Assembly: GCA_963819815.1 (NCBI GenBank)
Contig: CAWFXL010000001.1
Location: 1,472,001 to 1,536,000 of the forward strand
Source of the DNA: an uncultured bacterium
Lineage (GTDB): Bacteria > Babelota > Babeliae > Babelales > Babelaceae
DNA: 64,000 bases
Reading direction: 5' to 3'
Position numbers and translations under genes: made by a program. The first letter of the stretch is position 1; the number at the start of each line of letters is the position of its first letter. Positions 9,562 through 18,737 of the stretch are shown in pieces. The notes below the pieces were generated by a model that saw nothing but the letters and a program-made list of their open reading frames with translations, was not told the origin of the DNA and did not search any database.

Positions 9562-10185
9562 ATGTCTCAAGAACGCCTATGGGATGAGTTTTTCTCCCGG
9601 CAACAGCTTACTCAGTCTCAGCAAGATCAGTTTAAAGACTATTATGAGCGTCTTGTGGCGGCTAATAAGCTCCACAACATTACCGGAATAACTGATCTTG
9701 CACAAGTGCTAACTGATCATTTTGAAGATTCTTTAGCATTGAGAAAATTTATACCATGTGAAGAGCTCAAAGGTCTCGGTGATGTAGGAACTGGTGCCGG
9801 ATTCCCTGCGCTTCCTCTTAAGATTATCTATCCCCATATTCCGCTTGTGCTCATTGAGGTCAATGCAAAAAAGCGTGCATTCCTGCAGGAACTTGTTCAG
9901 CACTTTCAGTTTTCTCAGGTTTCAATCGTAGAGCTTGATTGGCGTACTTTCTTGCGACAAACTCACTACGAGGTAGATCTTTTTTGTGCACGCGCATCAC
10001 TTCATCCTGAAGAGTTGATAAGAGTTTTCAAGCCATCATCTCCCTATAAAGATAGTCAGCTTGTCTACTGGGCTTCACGATCGTGGCAACCATCTTCAGA
10101 AGTGCTCCCCTTTATTGCTGATACTTATTCATACTCTGTTGGCGTAAAAGAGCGAAAGCTCGTGCTCTTTAAAGCTCAAGCATAA
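9562..10185 (+). CDS. rsmG: 16S rRNA (guanine(527)-N7)-methyltransferase
   Basis: 'NKLHNITGI', 'HFEDSL', 'DVGTGAGFPALPLKI', 'LIEVNAKKRAFL', 'ARA'. Confidence 0.93.
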   Translation: MSQERLWDEFFSRQQLTQSQQDQFKDYYERLVAANKLHNITGITDLAQVLTDHFEDSLALRKFIPCEELKGLGDVGTGAGFPALPLKIIYPHIPLVLIEVNAKKRAFLQELVQHFQFSQVSIVELDWRTFLRQTHYEVDLFCARASLHPEELIRVFKPSSPYKDSQLVYWASRSWQPSSEVLPFIADTYSYSVGVKERKLVLFKAQA

Positions 10186-10296
10186 AAAATTACTTTCCTT
10201 TTAAAAAAATGAATACTTGCGCAAGGGGCCTTTTTTTGGTAAATTTTGTACAATTCTCACCGGGTAGGTTTTTGATTGATACATTTAGTCATGCAT

Positions 10297-10584
10297 ATGG
10301 CAGTTAAATTCTACAGACAAACTTCGGGCAAGGAACCAGTTCGTCTTTGGCTTCGTAGCCTTGAGCCGGATGATCGAAAAGTTATTGGCAAGGATATAGC
10401 AAAGATTCAAATACATTGGCCAGTAGGGATGCCAATTGTAAGGTCCTTAGGAAGAGGCTTATGGGAGATAAGGAGCTCTTTGGACCATAGAATTGCAAGA
10501 ATAATTTTTGTGATCGAGGATGGTCATATGGTCTTGCTCCATGGATTTATCAAAAAGACTAAAACCCGAATAACAGCTAAATGA
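10297..10584 (+). CDS. Type II toxin, RelE/ParE (HigB/Gp49-like); C-terminus appears frameshifted
   Basis: 'FYRQTSGKEPVRLWL', 'WPVGMPIVRSLGRGLWEIRS', 'MVLLHGFIKKT'; lies upstream of an HTH antitoxin. Confidence 0.85.
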   Translation: MAVKFYRQTSGKEPVRLWLRSLEPDDRKVIGKDIAKIQIHWPVGMPIVRSLGRGLWEIRSSLDHRIARIIFVIEDGHMVLLHGFIKKTKTRITAK

Positions 10585-10632
10585 CTTCGGAAATAGCTAT
10601 TAGGCGTCACAATACTCATAAAGGATTACAAC

Positions 10633-10923
10633 ATGGACAAGAAACATATCGGATCTGATTTTGAAGATTTTCTCAAAGAAGAGGGTATTTACGAGGAAGT
10701 TACATTAGCGGCTCTTAAGGAAGTCATTGCCTACGAATTAGCGCAAGCCATGAAGTCTGCTAATGTAACACAAGAGGAAATGGCGGCACGAATTGGAACG
10801 AGCAGATCAGTTATAAGACGTCTATTGGATCCAGATAATTACTCTGTCACTCTGATTACTTTACATCGAGTTGCAAAAGCACTGGGTAAAGATCTCGAAA
10901 TAAAATTCTCATGGAAGATGTAG
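10633..10923 (+). CDS. XRE-family HTH antitoxin (HigA-like)
   Basis: 'HIGSDFEDFLKEEGI', HTH 'VTQEEMAARIGTSRSVIRRLLDP..SVTL'. Confidence 0.88.
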   Translation: MDKKHIGSDFEDFLKEEGIYEEVTLAALKEVIAYELAQAMKSANVTQEEMAARIGTSRSVIRRLLDPDNYSVTLITLHRVAKALGKDLEIKFSWKM

Positions 10924-11038
10924 GGCTCTAACTGAATGGTCTTTCCCATCGTGTATTTTGCTGGAGTGCATTGCATTTTTTTGACCTGAGCTTATACTAA
11001 TTAGCGGCTCTCTTATCATCGGCTCAGTGAGGAATACA

Positions 11039-11317
11039 ATGATACATATTACCAAAGAAGAACTGCTTAAGCTTGCTCAGGCAGCAAATCTTAGCCTATC
11101 CGAGGAAGAAATACCTGGTATTCTACGTCGTCTTGAAGCAGTGCTTTCTTATGCTGCATATTTGCAAGAATTTCAAGATACGGGTGCATCGCTTCCCCAG
11201 ATAAGCAATATCGTTCGCGAAGATGTCGCCAAAGAAACTCCTGTAGAGCCGCTCCTTGCGTTAGCTCCTGAGATTGAAGAACAGTACTATATCGTTCCTG
11301 CTATCCTCAAACAATAA
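11039..11317 (+). CDS. gatC: Asp-tRNA(Asn)/Glu-tRNA(Gln) amidotransferase subunit C
   Basis: 'ITKEELLKLAQAANLSLSEEE', 'NIVRED', 'LAPE...YYIVPAIL'; immediately upstream of gatA. Confidence 0.9.
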   Translation: MIHITKEELLKLAQAANLSLSEEEIPGILRRLEAVLSYAAYLQEFQDTGASLPQISNIVREDVAKETPVEPLLALAPEIEEQYYIVPAILKQ

Positions 11318-11327
11318 GGCTTTTTTC

Positions 11328-12773
11328 ATGAATGAATTTGCTTTTGCCTCCATTAAAACTCTTCGTCAAGCCTTAGATGCGGGTACTATATCGATTGATG
11401 AACTCTTATCCTACTATCTTAAGCGTTTTGAGACCTATGATAAAAAGCTAGGATCGGCGCTTGAGGTTTTTGATAAGGATTCTATTTTACAGGCATCATC
11501 CTTAAAAGGTCCTCTTGCAGGGATTCCTGGCATAGTGAAAGATAATATTTGTCAAAAGGACAGGATAACCTCCTGCTCTTCAAAAATTCTTCAGAATTAT
11601 CGTGCACCATATAATGCAACAGTTGTTTCACGATTAGATGAGGCGGGAGCACTTCGTGTTGGCCGTGCTAACTGTGATGAGTTTGCTATGGGTAGCTCAA
11701 CCGAGACTTCTGCTTACCAGATCACGCGTAACCCCTGGGACCTCGATCGTGTTCCTGGTGGTTCAAGTGGTGGATCTATTGTTGCAGTTGCTGCAGGCCT
11801 TGTTCCCTGGTCCTTAGGATCTGAGACGGGTGGATCGGTACGTCAACCTGCTGCGCTCTGTGGTATTGTTGGGCTTAAACCTACCTATGGATTGCTTTCT
11901 CGCTACGGCTTAGTTGCCTATGCCTCTTCTCTTGATCAAATTGGTATCTCAACGCGGTACGTCTATGACAATGCATTGCTCCTGTCATTGGTAGTCGGTA
12001 AAGATCCTATGGATGCAACATCGGTATCGGTTGAAAACTCTGACTATATAAGCAATCTAACGGGAAAGCTTAAGGAAGGATTTACACTGGGGATTATAGA
12101 TAATGCCCTTACGACCGATGGTTTTGATCCTGAGGTGCTCAAAAAACTTGAAGATGCTATTAAGCACTTTGAGGGTCTTGGAGCTAAGATTAAACGTATC
12201 TCGTTACCTATTATGGATCATGCTGCTGCCGTGTATTTCATGGTAAGTCGTGCAGAAGCGGCATCTAATCTTGCACGCTTTGATGGAGTTCGGTATGGAT
12301 ACCGTTGTGATAATCCAACTTCATTGACCGATATGTATACCAGATCACGTACTGAAGGCTTCGGTGCAGAAGTGAAGGCGCGAATTTTAGTGGGCATGTA
12401 TGTGCTTTCGGCAGGACGTTCAAATGAATATTATAAGGCGGCAAAACGGGTACAAGCGTTGATGCGTGAGGCCTATTATGAAGCATTTAAAGAGGTGGAT
12501 CTTTTATTTGCGCCGGTATCTCCTACACATGCATTTAAGCTTGGTGAATTTAAGGACAATAGTCTTGCACTTGATTTACAAGATTACTTTACGGCATCGA
12601 ATAACTTGACCGGCACACCCGCGTTGGCAGTTCCTTGTGGATTTACTCAGGCAGGTCTTCCCATAGGGTTTCAGCTTATCGGGCCTGAATTTTCAGAGGC
12701 TGCAATTTATCAAGCAGCCTATGCCTATGAGCAATCAACCGAATGGCATACCAAACACCCAGACTTACCATAA
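11328..12773 (+). CDS. gatA: Asp-tRNA(Asn)/Glu-tRNA(Gln) amidotransferase subunit A
   Basis: Amidase signature 'PGGSSGGS', '[12 protein letters not shown]', '[12 protein letters not shown]'. Confidence 0.96.
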   Translation: MNEFAFASIKTLRQALDAGTISIDELLSYYLKRFETYDKKLGSALEVFDKDSILQASSLKGPLAGIPGIVKDNICQKDRITSCSSKILQNYRAPYNATVVSRLDEAGALRVGRANCDEFAMGSSTETSAYQITRNPWDLDRVPGGSSGGSIVAVAAGLVPWSLGSETGGSVRQPAALCGIVGLKPTYGLLSRYGLVAYASSLDQIGISTRYVYDNALLLSLVVGKDPMDATSVSVENSDYISNLTGKLKEGFTLGIIDNALTTDGFDPEVLKKLEDAIKHFEGLGAKIKRISLPIMDHAAAVYFMVSRAEAASNLARFDGVRYGYRCDNPTSLTDMYTRSRTEGFGAEVKARILVGMYVLSAGRSNEYYKAAKRVQALMREAYYEAFKEVDLLFAPVSPTHAFKLGEFKDNSLALDLQDYFTASNNLTGTPALAVPCGFTQAGLPIGFQLIGPEFSEAAIYQAAYAYEQSTEWHTKHPDLP

Positions 12774-12787
12774 CCTGGAGATTTGGG

Positions 12788-13630
12788 ATGATAAAAAAGG
12801 GTCTTATCGGCATTATGATCCTTGGTGCACTTTTTATTGTGATCAATCGGCTCCTAGGACTTTCAGAGAGACGTATTGAAACCGCGATGTCTTATGTGAC
12901 CTATCCTTTATTACAGTTCCAAAGGTTTGTAGTCCACTCATTTTCTCCCTCATATAAGCAGGGGATTGTGCATGTTCTTGCTGACCTTGAAAAGGTTACG
13001 CTTGAGCGTGATACTCTTTTGAACGAGCTTATTTCTTTAAAGGCGTTACTGCGAACGGTAGAGGATACCTCTGATTTGAGAGATTTTATGAAGCGGTATA
13101 ACGCCCAGTCGTTAGTAATTGCACCGGTACTTTTGCGGAACTTTTCGGGTGAAAATTTCTTTCTTGTCGATGCGGGAGAAAACTTTGGTATTGAGAAAGA
13201 TATGATCGCGCTGTACCACAATATGCTTGTGGGAAAAGTGACCCACGTATATCCGTCGTACAGTAAGATTTTGTTGATCACCGATCCGCACTGTTATGTA
13301 GCAGCAGTTTGTTCTTCAAATGGCGTGAAAGGGATGCATCATGGTCTTAAAAAAGGATTCACTACGCTTGCTTATGTAGATCATAGAGATCAAGTTACGG
13401 TAGGGGATACGGTACTTTCAAGTGGTGAAGGCGGTCTCTTTCCGCGAGGTTTTGGGTTAGGTAGGATTACCGATGTTGATCAGGGTGGTTATGGGCGTTC
13501 GATTACTATAGAGCCCTCACTTGACCTTAAGAAAATTTCTCAGGTAAGTATAGTGCCCCATACGTTTACGGATGAGGCTTCTGATTCTTCTGTTGCAGAA
13601 GAGTTACCGCTGAAACCAGCAGAATCATGA
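12788..13630 (+). CDS. mreC: Rod shape-determining protein MreC
   Basis: N-terminal TM, coiled coil, 'LVGKVTHV..SYSKILLITD', 'GDTVLSSG.GGLFPRGFGLG'. Confidence 0.88.
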   Translation: MIKKGLIGIMILGALFIVINRLLGLSERRIETAMSYVTYPLLQFQRFVVHSFSPSYKQGIVHVLADLEKVTLERDTLLNELISLKALLRTVEDTSDLRDFMKRYNAQSLVIAPVLLRNFSGENFFLVDAGENFGIEKDMIALYHNMLVGKVTHVYPSYSKILLITDPHCYVAAVCSSNGVKGMHHGLKKGFTTLAYVDHRDQVTVGDTVLSSGEGGLFPRGFGLGRITDVDQGGYGRSITIEPSLDLKKISQVSIVPHTFTDEASDSSVAEELPLKPAES

Positions 13631-14539
13631 GAGCATGCTTTGAGTTGCGTAACGGGATTCAACCGCCTGACAGATACTATCGACGGCTGCTGATAAATAC
13701 GTCGTGCTATCATCATCTTCATCTTGTGCAAACAGGTTTGCTAAGAAAGATCGTTTCTTAGCAGGTTTAATCCATTCAACTTTGCCTATTATTTGAGCTT
13801 TCTCTCTCAGGACTCTTTCTACCGTTGAAGGAGAGCCCGTTTCGTCAATAAGTTTAAGAGCGAGAGCCTGTTCACCCGTAAATATCTTACCTTCTGCCCA
13901 GACCTTTATATCAGGTGAGAGCTGAGGACGTTGTGCGCTGACATCTCTGATGAACTGTTTATAGGTATCATTGCTGAGCTCTTGAAAAATCGCTTTCTCT
14001 TCAGGTGTCATGGTAAGGAATGGGTTTCCAATACCTTTGTATTCACCTGTTTTTGTAATCGTGTAGGAAACATTGATCTTTTCAAGAAGCCCTTTAAAAG
14101 AAGGGTGCTGAATAATAACGCCTATACTTCCAATAGTTGAGCTTGGGGTGGCAATAATGTAATCACCAGCACAGGCAATATAATAGGCAGCGGAAGCAGC
14201 CAATCGCTCAACATAGCTCACAACAAATTTTTCTGGATGGAGTTTCTTGTAATGCAGAATCTCTTGGAAAATAGCTTGGCCAGCCGGTGATACTCCTCCT
14301 GGAGAGTCGATTTTTAATACGATCGCTTTTAAGTTTTTATCTTCAAAGAATTTTTTAACATCCTTGATCGTTGGGTTAGCATGTTCGATATCACCGGTAA
14401 TTGGTATAACACCTACGCGAGTTTTCTCTTCGAACATATCGCTATATTGAGTGCGAATGCCTTTAAAAAATAGCGGGGCAAATTGAAGGAGCAAGAGTAC
14501 CCAGAAAATGTTTTTAACGTAATCAGAAAATGTTGCCAT
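13625..14539 (-). CDS. sppA: Signal peptide peptidase SppA (36K type)
   Basis: 'AIVLKIDSPGG', 'AASAAYYIA', 'GSIGVI', 'KTGEYK', 'IFTGEQAL'. Confidence 0.93.
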   Translation of the reverse strand: MATFSDYVKNIFWVLLLLQFAPLFFKGIRTQYSDMFEEKTRVGVIPITGDIEHANPTIKDVKKFFEDKNLKAIVLKIDSPGGVSPAGQAIFQEILHYKKLHPEKFVVSYVERLAASAAYYIACAGDYIIATPSSTIGSIGVIIQHPSFKGLLEKINVSYTITKTGEYKGIGNPFLTMTPEEKAIFQELSNDTYKQFIRDVSAQRPQLSPDIKVWAEGKIFTGEQALALKLIDETGSPSTVERVLREKAQIIGKVEWIKPAKKRSFLANLFAQDEDDDSTTYLSAAVDSICQAVESRYATQSMLS

Positions 14540-14647
14540 CGCTTCTCCAGACTTGTTGCATATGCTTTCGTGTGGACTAATCATACTTCATACTGGCACG
14601 CTCTACAAGCTTTTTTCTTTTAAAAGAAGCTTAGGTTGGGCAAAAGA

Positions 14648-15382
14648 TTACAGTGAGAGATGTGGATCCTCATCTACCGCACATCCATTTCGGAGTAGTT
14701 CGTCAAGAGTATGGGTGCATATCGAAAACATATCTTTTAAGAGCTCTTTGTTCCGCACTGCCCCAAAATAATCTACGTTGTGTATTTCAAAAGATATAAG
14801 GTCTACATTTTCGGGAAATTTTGAGAACAACCATCTTTCACGATCTATGATTTTAAATGAAAAAGAATATTTCCTATTCTTATCGAGCAGATGGCGTAGA
14901 GAATCATTTTTTAGGATTTCTTTGACCAGAGGTTCAGGACTACCTTTGATGATGAAATGTGCATTGAAATGGGGATCGTCTGTTGCTATAGTACTCTTTT
15001 GGCCAGGGAACCAGCCTGAAAAAATGTTCGTTGGATAGATGGTGAACTTTAAAGAGCACGTACTGATGAAGGGGACTCTTATTCGCGTAATAGTACGGAT
15101 ATGTGGGTGTTTCCCACCAGTCCTTACCGTATAAGTATCAAGTATTATTCGCCAGGCATGATAAGGCAATATAACCTTTGCATGATGGAGAAAGCTACCA
15201 GGTTCATACGTGGCGCCGATTTCTTGGCTTAGTTCAGTCCATACTTCCTGGACGCTCGGCCCAAAAATTTTCTGAAGAAACTTCTTCAATATCAATCCTT
15301 TTTTAAAACACCTACTAATCGAGGAGAACCTGCAGATTAGTGATTTTTGTCTCTGAGTGTGAAGTACAATTGATCTTTTCAA
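14648..15382 (-). CDS. Hypothetical protein (DUF3137-like); true start probably near 15290
   Basis: Long ORF with 'FGPSVQEVWTELSQEIG', 'WRIILDTYT', 'TRIRVPF', 'DDPHFNAHFIIKG'. Confidence 0.6.
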   Translation of the reverse strand: MKRSIVLHTQRQKSLICRFSSISRCFKKGLILKKFLQKIFGPSVQEVWTELSQEIGATYEPGSFLHHAKVILPYHAWRIILDTYTVRTGGKHPHIRTITRIRVPFISTCSLKFTIYPTNIFSGWFPGQKSTIATDDPHFNAHFIIKGSPEPLVKEILKNDSLRHLLDKNRKYSFSFKIIDRERWLFSKFPENVDLISFEIHNVDYFGAVRNKELLKDMFSICTHTLDELLRNGCAVDEDPHLSL

Positions 15383-15393
15383 CTGCGATGATA

Positions 15394-15607
15394 TTCAATC
15401 CCGCGCTATCTGTCAAAAGGGCAATTTATAGCGCGGGATTGGGAGAGGTTCAATCTCGCGCTATAAATTTTGATTTTCAAATAATCAATCCAATCGACGT
15501 TATTGAGGGCCTCGTGTGGCTCTTTATTAAAAAATTCAATCCCGCGCTATCTTTGAAAAATGCTAATTATCCCGCGGGATCAAAGTTGGATCAACTCCGC
15601 GGGATTT
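15394..15607. repeat. Operator-like array of CAATCCCGCGCTAT half-sites
   Basis: 15396-15409 and inverted 15428-15441 (18-bp spacer); 15451-15464; 15537-15550 and degenerate inverted 15569-15582 (18-bp spacer); degenerate 15592-15605. Confidence 0.85.
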
Positions 15608-15696
15608 TTGGGATACTTGAGGAGGCCTTACCAGAAAGTCTCGAGGTAGCCTGTAAGCTGCGATAGGTAAGGGCTTTAGTACATGGTTTTTGTGTT

Positions 15697-15725
15697 TTGA
15701 CATTTTACAGCACATTATTTACACT
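15697..15725 (+). promoter_or_regulatory. Sigma70-type promoter of the tRNA operon
   Basis: TTGACA-17 bp-TACACT just upstream of tRNA-Val. Confidence 0.75.
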
Positions 15726-15752
15726 GAACAGTATCTAGTAATAAAACACTAG

Positions 15753-15828
15753 GGGCGGTTAGCTCAGTTGGTAGAGCATCAGTCTTACAAACTGGGGGTC
15801 ACAGGTTCGAGTCCTGTACCGCCCACCA
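15753..15828 (+). tRNA. tRNA-Val(TAC)
   Basis: Cloverleaf with GGGCGGT/ACCGCCC acceptor stem, anticodon loop CTTACAA, GTTCGA T-loop, encoded CCA. Confidence 0.97.
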
Positions 15829-15845
15829 GAGCCGCGAAAATATAA

Positions 15846-15920
15846 TCCTCGGTAGCTCAGTGGTAGAGCAAACGACTGTTAATCGTTAGGTCGCAGGTTC
15901 GAGTCCTGCCCGAGGAGCCA
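15846..15920 (+). tRNA. tRNA-Asn(GTT)
   Basis: TCCTCGG/CCGAGGA acceptor stem, anticodon loop CTGTTAA, GTTCGA, GCCA end. Confidence 0.97.
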
Positions 15921-15926
15921 TGATAA

Positions 15927-16004
15927 GGGGCTGTAGCTCAGTTTGGTTAGAGCGTCCGCCTGTCACGCGGAAGGTCGCGAGTTCGAGTCTCGTCAGCCCC
16001 GCCA
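15927..16004 (+). tRNA. tRNA-Asp(GTC)
   Basis: GGGGCTG/CAGCCCC acceptor stem, anticodon loop CTGTCAC, GTTCGA, GCCA end. Confidence 0.97.
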
Positions 16005-16023
16005 GCTTCCTCTCATAGCTTGT

Positions 16024-16058
16024 GAAGGGCCATCTTATTAAAGGTGGCTCTTTCTTTT
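16024..16058 (+). terminator. Probable intrinsic terminator of the tRNA operon
   Basis: GAAGGGCCATCTT-loop-AAGGTGGCTCTTT followed by CTTTT. Confidence 0.65.
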
Positions 16059-16296
16059 GGCTAAAAAATACCGATCTAGCTGATGAGGTCGAGGCCTGTA
16101 GCGCGAAAGGACCGCCTAATGGTTGCTTCTATGAAATCTATGCGCTGCCTGGTATTGCTGGCTGTTGATCGACTGTATGAATGCTGGGGTGCGCGATATG
16201 GACATAGAGAGCTTTTTTTGAGCGAGGTGGTGCTATTTGTATTTGACGCTCAGGCCCTGTAGGAGATTTTATGTGCGTTGAAGTTCTCGTGGCGGT

Positions 16297-16641
16297 TCAG
16301 CAGCTGCTGTGATTCGGGATTTTTTGCTTCTTAAGTGATGAAGCAATACATACGGGTATAACTTTACCATTAAGCTCAACCATAAGCTTCTTGCAACCAA
16401 GACCTTGCAAGATTTTGATAATATCATGCATGCTCAAATCTGATCCCATTGCTTGCACGATAGTTGGTGGTAACCCAGCTAGTACGGCCAATTCTCTTAC
16501 AGATTCCTCATCTTTTTGTACAGCAGCTATAAGTAGTTCAGATATAAGATGTTCCTTATATTCTTCGTTAAAGCGCTTTAGTTCTTTTGGATTGAGTGAT
16601 TCAACGAATGCCTCAATAGTTGATTTAGTTTCCTTGGTCAT
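16297..16641 (-). CDS. Small HTH-containing protein, antitoxin/XRE-like, with no adjacent toxin
   Basis: Strong AAGGAGG RBS; 'EEYKEHLISELLIA...SVRELAVLAGLPPTIVQ...IIKILQGLG' is HTH-like. Confidence 0.6.
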   Translation of the reverse strand: MTKETKSTIEAFVESLNPKELKRFNEEYKEHLISELLIAAVQKDEESVRELAVLAGLPPTIVQAMGSDLSMHDIIKILQGLGCKKLMVELNGKVIPVCIASSLKKQKIPNHSSC

Positions 16642-16718
16642 AGTAATGTCCTCCTTTACATCATTTCGCGACTATTGTACCTCGATAGTTATACAATGGC
16701 AATTATTGACCTTAACAT

Positions 16719-16744
16719 AAAAAAAAGGAGCGCCGAAGCGCCCC
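16719..16744 (-). terminator. Intrinsic terminator downstream of the GH1 gene
   Basis: Minus strand GGGGCGC-TTCG-GCGCTCC followed by T8. Confidence 0.85.
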
Positions 16745-16763
16745 TCCATTAGATTGTCACGTG

Positions 16764-18302
16764 TTACTGGGCATCAGCAGTTGCCAATCTATGCCCACCT
16801 GCACGATATGCTTGAATGATATCACCGTAGATTTTGCCGCCCTCTTTGAGCGTTCTTGTTTGTGTAGCAAGATCATTAGAATAGAGCCCAAAGGTGCTAT
16901 GGAAGCCTCTGTCCCACTCGAAGTTATCCATAAGAGTCCAGTAGAAGAACCCACGGACATCTACCCCATCTTCAAAGGCTAAACTGACCGCCTTGAGGTA
17001 TTCTTTGATCCAGCGCACTCTTCGTTCATCATTTACATTATTATGATCAGCGATACCATTTTCGGTAATATAGATTGGTAGGCCGATTGTGGACATATGG
17101 TGAAGGGCTTTATAGATGCCTTCGGGATAAATTGCATATTCCATATCAGTCATCGTTTCGCCAAGATTAGGTGCAGAATCCATGCACATATTTTTAAACC
17201 TGAGGGTAAGAAAGTGCGTGTACTTAAATTCGATAAGTACCCGTGAATAGTAATTGAGCCCTACAAAATCGCTTATCTGTTGCGCTGCAGGCTTATCTGA
17301 ATCTTTATCAAGTGGAGCTCGGTAGGTTTCTTCAAAGAAACACTTCCACTTATAGGTAAATGTTCCGGTCTTGAGAAAGTTAATTACTGCATCAACCATG
17401 AACTCATTCAGGAACCATGGCATAAAGCATTCTAACGGGTTAAATATCGACCAGGGATGGAAGGAAAGATATTGATGAACAAGACCAATCTGAGCGGTAG
17501 TGCCATGAGGCATAGCTTTTAAGGCCTGGTAGACTTCAGTATGTGCTTGTAGAAGGTTTTTAAGAACCTTCGCGGCTAAAGGAAAACTTCCCAATAGACC
17601 ATTTTCTTTCCCTGGAGGAAATACGCAATTAAAGGGGAGATACCCTTGGAATACGAAGATAGTCGGTTCATTAATCGTGCACCAAAAGGGTACTCGATCG
17701 CCCAGCTTTTCAAAGACTTTTTTGGCAAAACGCACAAAATAGGCGATATTTTCTTCTTTTTCAAAGCTGCCCTTATCTTCAAACCAGATAGGATGAGCAA
17801 AATGGTGTAGGGTAACCATGGGGGCAATTCCCGCCTCCAAGAGAGCATCAACTTCATCACTATAATGCTGAAGAGCTTCTTCTGAGAACTGGCCTTCTTG
17901 AGGCTCTATGCGATCCCAAGCAAGAGAGAACCGGAATGCATTTGCTTGGAAGTCCTCTTTCATGAGGGCTATATCTTTTTTATAGAGATTCCAATGGTCA
18001 CAAGCCTTACCTGATCGTTGATTATCTCGAATATGAGGTTTTCCATTGGGATGGTTGGTCGTTTCCCAGCGACTCCATTGACTATCGGGAAGATTCTCAG
18101 CGCCTGAATTTTGCTGCTCTGCTATGGCAAAACCAAAATAAAAATTCTCAGGAAAGCTGAGCTGGTCGACATGAAGCTTTGAAAAGTCTAGGCGTTTTCG
18201 CTCTTTGGGTCCTCGGGATCTGGCTTCTGCCGTTCCAAGGCTAATCGATAGGACGATAAGCGCAAGAGAAAGTATTTTTTTATGCGGGCAAGTATACGAC
18301 AT
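16764..18302 (-). CDS. Glycoside hydrolase family 1 (beta-glucosidase-like) with N-terminal signal peptide
   Basis: 'ACDHWNLY', 'FRFSLAWDRIEP', 'TLHHF', acid/base 'TINEP', nucleophile 'YITENG', 'DNFEW'. Confidence 0.94.
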   Translation of the reverse strand: MSYTCPHKKILSLALIVLSISLGTAEARSRGPKERKRLDFSKLHVDQLSFPENFYFGFAIAEQQNSGAENLPDSQWSRWETTNHPNGKPHIRDNQRSGKACDHWNLYKKDIALMKEDFQANAFRFSLAWDRIEPQEGQFSEEALQHYSDEVDALLEAGIAPMVTLHHFAHPIWFEDKGSFEKEENIAYFVRFAKKVFEKLGDRVPFWCTINEPTIFVFQGYLPFNCVFPPGKENGLLGSFPLAAKVLKNLLQAHTEVYQALKAMPHGTTAQIGLVHQYLSFHPWSIFNPLECFMPWFLNEFMVDAVINFLKTGTFTYKWKCFFEETYRAPLDKDSDKPAAQQISDFVGLNYYSRVLIEFKYTHFLTLRFKNMCMDSAPNLGETMTDMEYAIYPEGIYKALHHMSTIGLPIYITENGIADHNNVNDERRVRWIKEYLKAVSLAFEDGVDVRGFFYWTLMDNFEWDRGFHSTFGLYSNDLATQTRTLKEGGKIYGDIIQAYRAGGHRLATADAQ

Positions 18303-18533
18303 GGAGCTCCTTAGCAGGTAGGTTATGAGGCTGATTCTATCAGTATAGATTGTTTATCATTCAAGGCAAGTGGCCATGCTAGGGGGGACTTTATGATAGG
18401 CAGAATGGGTGGGGTTTTCTTGATGGCCAAGAAGAATTGTCAAAAGGGCAAAATTGAGGTATACTATCTGAAGTATGGAATGGCCTGGTGCCAACTAAGA
18501 TGAGATCCATACAAGTATAAAGGAGCATAACTT

Positions 18534-18734
18534 ATGAAAAATGGTGTACATCCAGAATCGTTTGATGTTGTAGCTCACTGCGCGTGCGGAACTGAGTTTA
18601 ATACTCGTTCAACCCGCCATGAGCTTCGTGCGACCCTCTGTTCAGGGTGCCATCCGTTCTTTACGGGTGAACAAAAGCACGTCGATACTGCTGGTCGTAT
18701 CGAGAAGTTCAACAAAAAATACCAAAAGAATTAA
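18534..18734 (+). CDS. rpmE: 50S ribosomal protein L31 (Zn-binding type)
   Basis: 'MKNGVHP', 'CACG', 'CSGCHPFFTG', 'DTAGRIEKF'. Confidence 0.97.
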   Translation: MKNGVHPESFDVVAHCACGTEFNTRSTRHELRATLCSGCHPFFTGEQKHVDTAGRIEKFNKKYQKN

Positions 18735-18737
18735 CCG

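Noticed and set aside
15340..15666. 108-aa plus-strand ORF with repeated 'FNPALS'
   Set aside because: It is a translation of the DNA repeat array, with no RBS, and it overlaps the start region of the opposite-strand gene.
16076..16125. Hammerhead-like CTGATGA...GAAA
   Set aside because: Stem II does not close directly onto GAAA and no stem III or cleavage triplet can be formed.
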